Source of the DNA: Squalus acanthias
Lineage: Eukaryota
NCBI GenBank assembly: GCA_030390025.1
Contig: CM059432.1
Span: 3,906,001 to 3,970,000, forward strand
Direction of reading: 5' to 3'
DNA length: 64,000 bases
The number at the start of each line of letters is the position of its first letter. Position 1 is the stretch's first letter. Under the pieces are notes generated by a model, which was not told the DNA's origin, searched no databases, and worked only from the letters and a program-made list of their open reading frames with translations. Shown in pieces: positions 1 to 11,834 of this stretch. A program made the translations under genes and the position numbers.

Positions 1-120
1 GTTACTGTTGAATCTGCTTCCACCGCCCTTTCAGGCAGCGCATTCCAGATCACAACAACTCGCTGCGTAAAGTTTTTCCCCCCTCAGTTTACCTTTGGTT
101 CTTTTGCCAATTAACTTTAA
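1..120 (-). mobile_element. CR1-like LINE 3' fragment
   Basis: Reverse complement of the CR1 ORF2 end (TQRVV.IWNALPER) seen in many other copies here. Confidence 0.7.
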
Positions 121-356
121 AAAAAAATGAGGAAATATTCCACCCAGCAGCCCTCCTGGAAAGGAATGAAATGATTGCCAAAACGCAACAGCCAACCTAA
201 GTGAGAAAGCTGGAGCCACTGCCAAATCCGACTCCAACTGAGAACTATATTGATTCCAAGAAGCAAACAGAATGACTGATCAAATTGGCTTCCTGAGTAA
301 ATGCAGTTGCTGGAGGCCTCCTTAGTTCGGAGTTAAAGCCATTCCACATGGTTCAT

Positions 357-791
357 AGCCGTGGCTCAGTGGGCAGCACTCTCGCCTCTGAGTCAGAAGG
401 GTTCTGGGTTCGAAAGTCCCACTCAACAGACTTGAGCATAAAAATCTAGCCTGACACTCCCAGTGCAGTACTGAGGGAGTGCTGTACTGTCGGAGGTGCC
501 GTCTTTCGGATGATACGTTAAACCGAGGCCCCGTCTGCCCTCTTATCAGGATGCAAAAGATCCCACGGCCACTATTTCAAAGAAGAGCAGGGGAGTTCTC
601 CTGTCCAATATTTATCCCTCCATCAACATCATTAAAAACAGATTATCTGGCCATCGTCACATTGCTGTTTGTGGGATCCTGCTGTGCACAAATTGTGACT
701 ACACTTCAAAAAGCACTTCATTGGCTGTAAAGCGCTTTGTGACGTCCGGTGGTCGTGAAAGACGCTATATAAATGAAAGTCTTTCTTTCTT
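357..791 (+). mobile_element. tRNA-derived DeuSINE (SacSINE1-like)
   Basis: tRNA-like head (gtggctcagtgg..ggttcgaa), Deu-domain core ggaggtgccgtctttcggatga..aaaccgagg, L2-like tail gcgctatataaat; about 10 copies in the window. Confidence 0.85.
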
Positions 792-1136
792 CTCCACTGC
801 CCTTTCCCCAAAGACCTGCAAAATGTAAGCGTTTTCCTCCTCTGGACTCTGGTTCTTTTGCCAGGTTTGTCAGGACAGCCTGAAAACCTTCCTTCATACA
901 GCCAGGAATGGGATCATTACCACTAATATTGCAACTGAACAGTTCCATATAGCATTAAGGGATTAATGAAGCTCCATTGCTTCCAACATTACAGTTCAAA
1001 GGCAAACCAACTATAGGAAAATACTTTGGAACTGAACAGTACATGTCATTGAATCAACGTTCTTCATAGTTACGTTTGGGATCAAAACAATGGGCCATCA
1101 ATTTAAGGTCCAGTGGGGAACACCCCTGTATACCAC

Positions 1137-3140
1137 AGTTGTTTTTCAGACTGGAGGAAGGTATACAGTGGTGTTCCCCAGGGGTCGGTACTAGGCCCAC
1201 TACTTTTCTTGATATATATTAATGACTTGGACTTGGGTGTACAGGAAACAATTTCAAAATTTGCAGATGACACAAAACTTGAAAGTATAATGAACAGTGA
1301 GGAGGAGAGTGATAGACTTCAAGAGGACACAGACAGGCTGGTGAAATGGGTGGACACGTGGCAGCTGAAATTTAACGCAGAAAAGTGCGAAGTGATACAT
1401 TTTGGTAGAAAGAATGAGGCGAGGCAATATAAACTAAAGGGTACAAGCCTAAAGGTGGTGCATGAACAGAGAGACCTGGGGGTATAGGTGCACAAATCGT
1501 TGAAGGTGGCAGGGCAGGTTGAGAAAGCGGTTAAAAAAGCATACGGGATCCTGGGCTTCATGAATAGAGTCATAGGGTTGGATTTTCCAAGCCCCGAGGA
1601 GGCGGGCATGGAGGCGGGACAGCCGGTAAACTCGGAGAAAGTGGGAGCGGATGGCAAACCCGCCCCCATCCCGCCTCCGTGCCCTTTTGCCAGGAGGCGG
1701 GAAGATGTGCAGCTTCGGGTCCCGTCTCCTGGAGGCGGGAAAGGCATTTAATCCTTTTAACTGCCTGTTAACAGGTAGGTAACAGGCAGAAAAAAGGATT
1801 AGTGCCATTTTACCTTCACAGGTGAAGGCTTCCCGACCTCGGAGAACCCCGCCGGGTTGGAGGAGATGTGGAGGAGGTCTGCGGCGGTCGGAGGCACCTG
1901 GAAGTAAGGTGTAGAGGTGAGTGATGGGTGCAAGTGTGGAGTGGTAAGTATGTAAGGTGAGTGATAAGTTTAAAAAAGTGTTCACTTACCTTGTTTTCCT
2001 TCCATAGCCTTTAGTCGTGCTGGATGGAGAGAGCGGACATCCTCCTTGTCAATTTCAGGTAATGGCTGATGGACCCTCCGATCCATCAGACATCTGAAAT
2101 TTACAAATTTGCAATGTTTGATAAGTCCTCACCTCAAAGACTCATCAAACTAAAGAGAATGTCAGTGTTTGACAACTTCACAGAGCTGTCAAACGCTGTC
2201 ATTTCTTCTTTCAAGAAGTCTTGACAGATAGCAGGTCTGACATTGACGTGATCTGTCAGTGACTTCTTCCCTAACTGGCCTGCTGGGCCCGCAGGGCAGG
2301 CTTAACAAGGTCAATCAGGGGAAAATGCCTCTGAATGGTCAGATGAGGATGGAGGCGACACGACAAGCAGCAGTCCCGCCTCCAACTCATCTCCATTCAC
2401 AAAATCCAGCCCATAGAGTACAAAAGCGTGGAAATTATGATGAACCTGTATAAAACACTGGTTCGGCCTCAACTGGTGTATTGTGTCCAATTCTGGGCAC
2501 CACACTTTAGGAAGGATGTGAAGGCCTTGGAGAGGGTGCAGAAAATATTTACAAGTGTGGTTCCAGGGATCAGGGACTTCAGTTACGTGGATAGACCGGG
2601 GAAGCTGGGGTTGTTCTCCTTAGAGCAGAAAAGATTTTTTGTCTTATAATACCCCTGTGCAGCGCCTTGGGACGTTTTACTACGTTAAAGGCGCTATATA
2701 AATACAAGTTGTTGTTGTTGTTGTAGAGCAGTGAAGATTAAGAGGAGATTTGATAGAGGTGTTCAAAATCATGAGGGGTCTAGACAGAGTAGATCGAGAG
2801 AAACTGTTCCCATTGGCGGAAGGGTCGAAAACCAGAGGTCACAGATTTAAGGTGATTGGCAGAAGAACCAAAGGCGACATGAGGGAAAACTTTTTTACTC
2901 AGCGAGTGGTTAGGATCTGGAATGCACTGCCTGAGAGGGTGGTGGAGGCAGATTCAATCACAGCTTTCAAAAAGGAGTTGGATTAAGTACCTGAAAGAAA
3001 AAAAATTGCAGGGCTACGGGGAAAGGGCGGGGCGGGAGTGGGACTAGCTGAGCTGCTCTTGCAGAGAGCCGGCACGGGCTCGACAGGCCGAATGGCCTCC
3101 TTCTGTGCTGTAACCTTTCTATGATTCTATGATTCTATGA
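1137..3140 (+). mobile_element. CR1/HER1-like LINE ORF2 3' part (RT), decayed, split by a MITE at 1575-2412
   Basis: [25 protein letters not shown] motifs; (attctatg)n tail. Confidence 0.92.
1575..2412. mobile_element. Non-autonomous DNA transposon (PIF/Harbinger-like MITE)
   Basis: TIRs gggttggatttt / aaaatccagccc; 3-bp TSD ATA; removing it restores the CR1 sequence. Confidence 0.85.
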
Positions 3141-3410
3141 AATCCAATAGGGAAATCAGGAGGAACGTCTTTACTCAGAGAGTGGTGAGAATGTGGAACT
3201 CGCTACCACAGGGAGTGGTTGAGGCCAATAGTATAGATGCATTTAAGGGGAAGCTAGATAAACACATGAGGGAGAAAAGGACTAGAAGGATATGGTGATG
3301 GGGTGAGATGAAGAGGGGTGGGAGGAGGCTCGTGTGGAGCATGAACACTGGCACGGACCCGTTGGGTCGAATGGCCTCTTTCTGTGCTGTACATCCGACA
3401 TAATTCTCTG
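3141..3410 (+). mobile_element. CR1-like LINE 3' end (second subfamily)
   Basis: TQRVVRMWNSLPQG motif and 3' UTR shared with 7120-7390. Confidence 0.8.
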
Positions 3411-3979
3411 TAAAAAGAACAACAACAACAACCGTTCTGTTTGCACACTACAGCAGAAGGTCAGGGATCTCTGGGAGCTGAACCCATGCCCGTTTGTTTC
3501 AGGCACGAACATTGCAACGTTAGCTTGCTGAGGAGCTAAGGGTAGGTTGAGTTGTAAGGCTTCAATTAACTGCTTAGTTAATTAACAAACAAGAGCATGG
3601 GGACCCTTTGACATCTTTCCACTTGCTTCTGCTGATTCTCACCCACATTCCTGCCAGCGACAATTGCACTACTTTTTGGCCTTCAGTCGTCGGAGCCATT
3701 AACGCTGAACCACACTTGCTACCGCTTAAAGCGGGCTCGTTATTATCAACGGGATTTGGTGGACAGGCGGATGGTGTAATTCCTGGAGGCTGTATTACAA
3801 TTGTACCATTTGCCAATCTCCAAACTCTAGTCTCCTCAACCTAATTATCGGACCAGAAAAGACACTGCAGTCCAAATGGCCAATCCCAAGTTATACGAGG
3901 TGGACGCTGTAACCAAGACATTTTAAAAAGTACTTTGGTGCGCATGCGTTGCGGGGGTGAGCGGGGGGGGGGCTGAGGG

Positions 3980-4088
3980 GTCCTCGAGTACCTGATGGCT
4001 GAGATCCTGGAGCTGGCGAGCAACGCGGGACAATGAGAAGTCGCTCATCGTTCCCCACCTCCGCCTCGGCGAGGAGATCAACGAGCTG
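3980..4088 (+). pseudogene. H2A: Degenerate histone H2A fragment
   Basis: Manual translation VLEYLMAEILELASNA / frameshift / DNEKSLIVP-HLRLG..EEINEL versus canonical [43 protein letters not shown]. Confidence 0.8.
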
Positions 4089-4630
4089 GCGAGAAGAGCG
4101 GGCAGGATTTCTGGAGGTCCCGCGGGCAGGGGCTGCTCTCGCCCATTTTGACTGAATACGAGTAGTTCCAGTTACAGCCATTCTCTGCTCTTGTCCTCAA
4201 GTAATGTCATGGCGAGACCCGTGAAAGGACTTTAACGGTCATCACCCGTTAACAAGGTACGAACAGCTGAGGCAGAAGATTATTCTGCTTCAAGTGCCCG
4301 AAACAGTCGGCATGTTTAATACCGTCTTTGTAATTGAGGCCTATGGTGATGACAAATGGCCAGCTCAGTGGCCTTTGCTTGATTTCGGCGGCAGTGCGGG
4401 AATAGCGTGGATGATGTAATTCGTGGAGACTGTATTACAATTGTTCCATTTGCCATTCTCCAAACTATAGTGTCCTCAACCTAATGATAGGTCCAGAAGA
4501 GACTCTGCAGTCCATATGGCCAATCCCAAACACTCATATCCCCCCCAATCACCCACTCACTCCTTTACACTCTTACTATCCCGATCTATATTAGGATAAT
4601 TGAAGTCCCCCCATTATCACTACCCTGTAG

Positions 4631-4887
4631 TTTTTTTTAAATTCATTCACGGGATGTGGGCGTCGCTGGCAAGGCCGGCATTTATTGACCATCCCCTAAT
4701 TGCCCTCGAGAAGGTGGTGGTGAGCCGCCTTCTTGAACCGCTGCAGTCCGTGTGGTGAAGGTGCCCCCACAGTGCTGTTAGGGAGGGAGTTCCAGGATTT
4801 TGACCCAGCGACCTTGAAGGAGCGGCCAATACATTTCCAAGTCAGGATGGTGTGTGACTTGGAGGGGAACTTGGAGGTGGTGGTGTT
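4631..4887 (-). mobile_element. 3' end of a CR1/L2-group LINE (WNSLPNSTVG..QRFKKAAHHHLL family) inserted in a CR1 endonuclease fragment
   Basis: Translation and tail shared with copies at 17790-17990, 39905-40012, 44690-44935 and 48620-48940. Confidence 0.75.
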
Positions 4888-5789
4888 CTTGCATCTTTCT
4901 GTAATTTGCCTGCAAATTTGCTCCTCCATCTAATTCCCACTATGTGGTGGCCTGCGGTATACACCCAGCATCGTAATAGTGCCTCGAGTGCTCCTCAATT
5001 CTAACCAAATAGATTCCGTCTCTGACGCCTCACCTACATCATCCCTCTCTGGTGCTCTGCAATCAAGTAGTTCAGACAGAAATAAAACTGATTGTAAAGT
5101 TGGGTTTTATCCAAATCATTGAGTTACAATTCAGTAAGAAGATGACTAGATCCATCATATAGGCCAAGCTTAAACATCTACCACAAGTCATCGATTTGAA
5201 TTTATTGCCTTGCGAATATCTAACGTGACAAATGTTTCATGGATCATAATTTATATTTAAATTAAAGTGAAAATCACTGTCATAAACAAGGAATTGATTG
5301 GGTCTTGCTGGATCAATTTATGTATTAACCTGTCCACAGCAGTAGTAATTGTTAAATATTTGCAGAATACTACAGGGTTTGCGCTTGCAATCTGAAGCCC
5401 TGTTGATGAATTATTGATAAACGCGATACTTCTTATCAGGCTTCTATTTTTTATTTCCATAATTGAAATCTTTTGGGGGCTCGCTGGATGTGAGGGTAAT
5501 TAATCTCCAGCACCTGAAATACTTCCAGTAGTACCAGGGGAATTGTCAGCCTCTCTTCATTAACTCAGAGACGCGAAGCTTCAGATAACGCACATCGCTA
5601 CTTAAGGCCTCCACAGAGCAGCTTTATGAGAGTGAGAATGCAAGCGAGGGAAATGTGGAATGCATCGAGGGAAAAACGGCAGCAACATCAGAGGTGAAGC
5701 AGTGGAGACGAGCGCCAAACTTAAATATTCCACATGACCAAAAAAAAATGTCAGCATAACTGAATTTCATAAAATAACACTGTATCCTT

Positions 5790-6452
5790 GAGTAGATTGG
5801 GCCTATATTCTCTGGAGTTTAGCAAAATGAGTTCTCATTGAGAAGTATAAGATTCTGAGGGGGATTGACAGGGTAGATGCTGAGAGGTTGTTTCCCCCTG
5901 GCTGGAGAGTCTAGAACCAGGGGGTCACAGTCTCAGAATAAGGGGTCGGCCATTTAGGACTGAGATGAGGAGGAATTTCTTCACTCAGAGGGTGGTGAAT
6001 CTTTGGAATTCTCTGCCCCAGAGGGCTGTGGATGCTCAGTCGTTGAGTATATTCAAGACGGAGATTATTAGATTTTTGGATTCTAAAGAACCAAGGGATA
6101 TAGGTGACATGAATCTTGTCATTCATGTGGAAATTACTTCTGAAATAATACTGGGCGGCCTGCTGGTGGCGCTGTCCAGGGAGAGTATAAATACTCGGGC
6201 ATGGGCCCAGCTTGCTCAGGATATTCTTTAACAGGAACTAGTGAAGGACACAACTAGATCTCCATGTTGAAAAACATTTGATTAAAGCTTTGTTTAACGC
6301 TTAGACCAAGTGCCTAGTAGTTTTCTTACATCAATGGGGATAGTGCAGGAAAGTGGAGATGAGGTAGAAGATCGGCCATGATCTTATTGAATGGCGGAGC
6401 AGGCTCGAGGGCCTGTATGGCCTACTCCTGCTCCTATTTCTTATGTTCTTAT
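5790..6452 (+). mobile_element. CR1 LINE 3' end interrupted by a solo LTR
   Basis: EMRRNFFTQRVVNLWNSLP; (ttcttatg)n tail. Confidence 0.88.
6105..6333 (+). mobile_element. Short solo LTR (229 bp)
   Basis: TG...CA ends, 5-bp TSD atagg/atggg, TATAAA and ATTAAA; second copy at 21337-21563. Confidence 0.8.
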
Positions 6453-6769
6453 GATCTCTAATTCTGGCAAGCTCCACCCATAACATTGACTTACCTATTC
6501 TCTTTCAGACATTTCGAACACTGGCCTCCTCCTGCTCCTATGTCTTATGTTCTTATCCTGCATTCTGCTCCTTCTGCCACATTGCTCAACATGTTCAAGT
6601 TCAATTGGGCTTCCTTCCCCACCCTCCCCCAACTGGGATTCCCCTTGGAGCTAGTTCCGCTGAGCTGCGGACCGTTCCCCGTGCATCCCCGGCAGCGCCC
6701 TCCCTGCTGCGTGATTATAACGGCTGGGCAGACGATTCTCGCCAACATCCCCGCCCTTTTGCAAACAAA

Positions 6770-7390
6770 GCTGGGGTTAATTTCTGGAGGGATAGAATTG
6801 AAAAGCAGAGAAGTTATGTTAAACTTGTATAGAACCTTGGTTAGACCACTTTTGGAGTACTGTGCACAGTTCTGGTCTCCAAATTATAAGAAGGACTTAG
6901 TTATTGGAGAAGGTACAAAAATGATTTACTAGAATGATATCAGAACTGAGAGGTTATACCTATCAGGAAAGATTGAACAGGCTGGGGCTCTTTTCTCTAG
7001 AAAAGAGAAGGCTGAGGGGTGACCTGTTAGAGGACTTTAAAACTATGATGGCATTTGATAGGGTAGACGTAGAGAAGAAATGGGGGAGTCCAAAACTAGA
7101 GGCCATCAATATAAGATAGTCACTAATAAATCCAATAGGGAATTCGGGAGAAACTTCTTTACCCAGAGAGTGGTGAGAATGTGGAACTCGCTACCACAGG
7201 GAGTCATTGAGGCGAATAGTATAGATGCATTTAAACAAAGCTAGATAAACACATGAGGGAGAAATTAATAGAAGGATCTGCTGATGGGGTGAGATGAAGA
7301 GGGGTGGGAGGAGGCTCGTGTGGAGCAGAAACACCGGCACGGACCAGTTGGGCCGAATGGCCTGTTTCTGTGCTGTACATTCTGTGTAAT
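6770..7390 (+). mobile_element. CR1 LINE 3' fragment
   Basis: [35 protein letters not shown]. Confidence 0.88.
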
Positions 7391-7560
7391 CTATTCCAGT
7401 GTTTACAGTGGGACTGTATCAGAGTAATCTTGATTCAGACTCAAGCCCAAAGTATTTGTCATTTATACCTGGTAGGTTTGCAATATAAGAACACAACTAA
7501 ACATTGAGCAATGTTGAACATGTCAGGCTCGATTTTCCCTTAGTTATTTCTTTCAGTGTA

Positions 7561-8393
7561 AAGAAAGACTTGCATTTCTCCAGCGCCTTTCATGACCTCA
7601 GGACGTCCCAAAACGCTTTACAGCCAATGAAGTACTTTTTGAAGTGTAGTCACTGTTGTAATGTAGGAAACGCGGCAGCCAATTTGCGCACAGCAAGCTC
7701 CCAGAAACAGCAATGTGATAATGACCAGATAATCTGTTTTAGTGATGGTTGATTGAGGGATAAATATTGGCCCCAGGACACTGGGGAGAATTCCCCTGCT
7801 CTTCTTTGAAATTGTGGCCATGGGATCTTTTATGTCCACATGAGAGAGCAGACGGGGCCTCGATTTAACGCTTCATCTGAAAGACGGCACCTCTGACAGT
7901 GCAGCACTCCCTCAGTACTGCACTGGACTGTGGGCCTATATTTAAGAACATAAGAACATAAGAAATAGGAGCAGGAGTCGGTCATTTGGCCTTTCGAGCC
8001 TGCTCCGCCATTCAGTAAGATCATGGCTGATCTTCTACCTCATCTCCACCTTCCTGAACTATCCCCATATCCCTTGATATTCAAAAATCTATCGATCTCT
8101 GTCTTGAATATACTCAACGACTGAGCCTCCACAGCCCTCTGGGTAGAGAATTCCAAAGATTCACCACCCTCTGTGTGAAGAAATTTCTCCTCATCTCAGT
8201 CCTAAATGGCCGACCTCTTATTCTGAGACTGTGACCCCTGGTTCTAGACTCCCCAGCCAGGGGAAACATCGTCCCTGCATCTACCCTGTCAAGCCCTGTA
8301 AGAATTTTGTGCTCAAGTCTCTGGAGTGGGACTCGAACCCGCAACCTTCTGACTCAGAGCCGAGAGCGCTGACCACTGAGCCACGGCTGACAC
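7561..8393 (-). mobile_element. DeuSINE split by a CR1 3' fragment (about 7945-8300, minus)
   Basis: SINE tail and core at 7561-7940, head at 8301-8393; CR1 motifs in between. Confidence 0.85.
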
Positions 8394-8711
8394 CTCCCGA
8401 TAATGTCAAGAACACATTTATCGTTGCAAAAGAATTTTAACAGATGATGACAGTGAAATATTAACAAGGGTTCCTGTTGTATGATTTCTGGCACAGTTCT
8501 GATTCTAAGGGGCCATATTTTTCTTTAATTTGCTAATTTGAACATTAAATTCGACCTGATGAAAGAGTAAGTATGTTGATAGATAGCTCAGGTAATTTGG
8601 CCGTGTTTTGTGCCAATATGAGGATTCCTTCCCCACAAAAAATGGATAAATGTGTATGAGCAAAAGGTGAGTAAAAATAATCTGCTTCTAATGGAGCTAA
8701 AAATGAGGGAG

Positions 8712-9040
8712 GTGTCGGCCATGGCTCAGTGGGTCGCACTCTCGCCTCTGAGTCAGAAGGTCATGGATTGAAATCCCACTCCAGTAACTTGAGCACATAA
8801 ATCTAGGCTGACACTCCAGTGCAGTGCTGAGGGAGTGCTGCACTGTCGGAGGTGCCGTCTTTCAGATGAGACATTAAACTGAGGCCCCGTCTGCTCTCTC
8901 AGGTGGATGTAAAAGATCCCATGGCACTATTTCAAAGAAGAGCAGGGGAGTTTTCCCCGGTGTCCTGGGGCCAATATTTATCCCTCAATCAACATCACTA
9001 AAAAAAGACATTATCTGGTCATTATCACACTGCTGTTTAT
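8712..9040 (+). mobile_element. DeuSINE, 3'-truncated
   Basis: tRNA head and Deu core. Confidence 0.85.
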
Positions 9041-9976
9041 GGGATAGGAACAGGAGGAGGCCATTCAGCCCCTCGAGCCTGTTCCGCCATTCAATAAAAT
9101 CATGGCTGATCTGTATCTTAACTCCATCTACCTGCCTTGGTTCCGTAACCCTTAATACCCTTACCCAACAAAAATCTATCAATCTCAGTTTTGAAATTTT
9201 CAATTGACCCCCAGCTTCTACAGCTTTTTGGGGAGAGAGTTCCAGATTTCCGCTCCCCTTTGTGTGAAGAAGTGCTTCCTGACATCACCCCTGAACAGCC
9301 TGGCTCTAATTTTAAGGTTATGCCCCCTTGTTCTGGACAACCCTCCCCCCCATAGAAACATAGAAACATAGAAGATAGGAGCAGGAGTAGGCCATTCGGC
9401 CCCTCGAGCCTGCTCCGCCATTCGATGAGATCATGGCTGATCATCCAAACTCAGTACCCTGTACCTGCCTTCTCCCCATATCCCTTGATACCTTTAGCTT
9501 TAAGAAATATATCTAACTCATTCTTGAATATATTTAATGACTTGGCCTCAACTACCTTCTGTGGTAGAGAATTCCACAGGTTCACCACTCTCTGGGTGAA
9601 GAAATTCTTCCTCATTTCTGTCCTAAATGGCTTACCCCTTATCCTTAGATTATGACCCCTGGTTCTGGACTCTCCGACCATTGGGAACATTCTTCCTGCA
9701 TCTAGTTTGTCCAGACCTGTCAGAATTTTATATGTTTCGATGAGATCCCCTCTCATTCTTCTATACTCCAGTAAGTATAAGCCCAATCGACCCAATCTCT
9801 CCTCATATATCATTCCTGCCATTCCAGGTATCAGCCTTGTGAATCTTCGCTGAACTCCCTCCATGGCAAGAACATCCTTCCTCAGATAAGGCGACCAAAA
9901 CTGCACATAATACTCAAGGTGTGGTCTCACCAAGGCCCTGTACAACTGCAGCAGGACATCCCTGTTCCTATACTCA

Positions 9977-10770
9977 AAAAGTTAGTATGCAGGTGCAGCA
10001 GGTGATCAAGAAAGCCAATGGAATGTTGGCTTTTATTGCCAGGGGGATAGAATATAAAAACAGGGAGGTATTGCTGCAGTTGTATAGGGTATTGGTGAGA
10101 CCGCACCTGGAGTACTGCATACAGTTTTGGTGTCCATACTTAAGAAAAGACATACTTGCTCTCGAGGCAGTACAAAGAAGGTTCACTCGGTTAATTCCGG
10201 GGATGAGGGGGTGGACATACGAGGAGAGGTTGAGTAGATTGGGACTCTACTCATTGGAGTTCAGAAGAATGAGAGGCGATCTTATTGAAACATATAAGAT
10301 TGTGAAGGGGCTTGATCGGGTGGACGCGGTGAGGATGTTCCCAATGATGGGTGAAACTAGAACTAGGGGACATAATCTTAGAATAAGGGGCTGCTCTTTC
10401 AAAACTGAGATGAGGAGAAACTTTTTCACTCAGAGGGTAGTGGGTCTGTGGAATTTGCTACCCCAGGAAGCTGTGGAAGCTACTTCATTAAATAAATTTA
10501 AAACAGAAATAGACCGTTTCCTAGAAGTAAAGGGAATCCGGGGTTACGGGGAGCGGGCTGGAAATTGGACATGAGTTTGAGTTCGGATCAGTCAAGGCCC
10601 TGTGGGTGGCGGAGTGGGCCCAGGGGCCGAGTGGCCTGGTCCTGCTCCTACTTGTGTTCTTTAGAGTTGAGGTTGGATCAGAACAGCCATGATCTCATTG
10701 AATGGCGGAGCAGGCTCGAGGGGCTGATTGGTCTACTCCTGCTCCTATTTCTTATGTTCTTATGTTCTTA
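9977..10770 (+). mobile_element. CR1 LINE 3' end, ORF open to the stop at 10574
   Basis: ORF 9921-10574 encodes the CR1 ORF2 C-terminus. Confidence 0.92.
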
Positions 10771-11071
10771 TACCATTTGCCTTCTTCACCGCCTGCTGCA
10801 CCTGCATGCTTACCTTGAGCGACTGGTGCACAAGGACACCCAGGTCTCGTTGCACTTCCCCTTCTCCCAATCTTTTGCCATTCAGATAATAGTCTGCCTT
10901 TCTGTCTTTGACACCAAAGTGGATAACCTCGCATTTATCCACATTATATTGCATCTGCCACGCTTCTGCCCACTCACCCAACCTGTCCAAATCATCCTGG
11001 AGTTTCTCGGTATCCTCCTCGCAGCACACACTCCCACCCAGCTTTGTGTCATCTGCAAACTTGGAGATATT

Positions 11072-11834
11072 GGCTTAGAAATTCGATTCGGAGGCTTGCC
11101 GCGGGGGTAAGGATCGCGCGCGATATCACCTACCGTGTCTGCCGTTCTTGTTTGCCCCCGCAGGAACTTCGGGTCCTGGGCCTCTCCCTAGTGCCGGCGC
11201 GCAGTGCTTGCGTGTTCCAGGGGCGCAGTTAGTGCGATGCGACCCCTGGGATCACGTGGGCCATGGAGAGCCAATGGCAGCAGACCATCTTTCATTCATA
11301 GATTTGACAGGAGACCTGTCAAATCTGTGAATTGAAATCGGCCCCAAAAGAACAGCTAAACCTCAAATAAATTTTTTTTAAAAACCATCACATTAATAAA
11401 ATAACTATAGTTAAATAAATTAACCAATTTAAACAAAAATTTAAATTTTTGAAAAAATTAAAATACTTTTTAAAAGTTATAAAAATAAACTTACCTTTCT
11501 TTAAAGTCTCTAAAAAAGATAAAGCTGTTGAAATTTTTTTAAATTATACTTAATTAACTACTTACCTTGTTCAAAAGGGGTCTTACGCCTCCTTTTTACT
11601 AGCGTAGAATCTTCAATACTTACCCTCGCGTTGAAACCTGAAAAAAACCTAAGTGTGCTGCATGCGCGCAGCCTCTAGCGTGCACGCGGTTCACCTAGGA
11701 ACCGCCCCCTTCACCATACCGGAAGTGCCGGTTTCCCGTGCATGCGCAGTGCATGCAGGAAACCGGCACTTCGGGAATGAATACGGGTGAGTACACACTG
11801 AGTACTCACCCGAGAACGGCCGAATTTTTGGGCC
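11072..11834. mobile_element. Harbinger-like MITE with AT-rich core
   Basis: TIRs ggcttagaaattcg / cgaatttttgggcc, TSD ATT; homologous to 59664-60412. Confidence 0.85.

Noticed and set aside
357..430. tRNA gene
   Set aside because: tRNA-derived SINE head; no complete cloverleaf, and it continues into the SINE body in all copies
4268..4305. ctgagg...gaaac as a possible hammerhead
   Set aside because: Core lacks CTGANGA and the hairpin geometry does not fit
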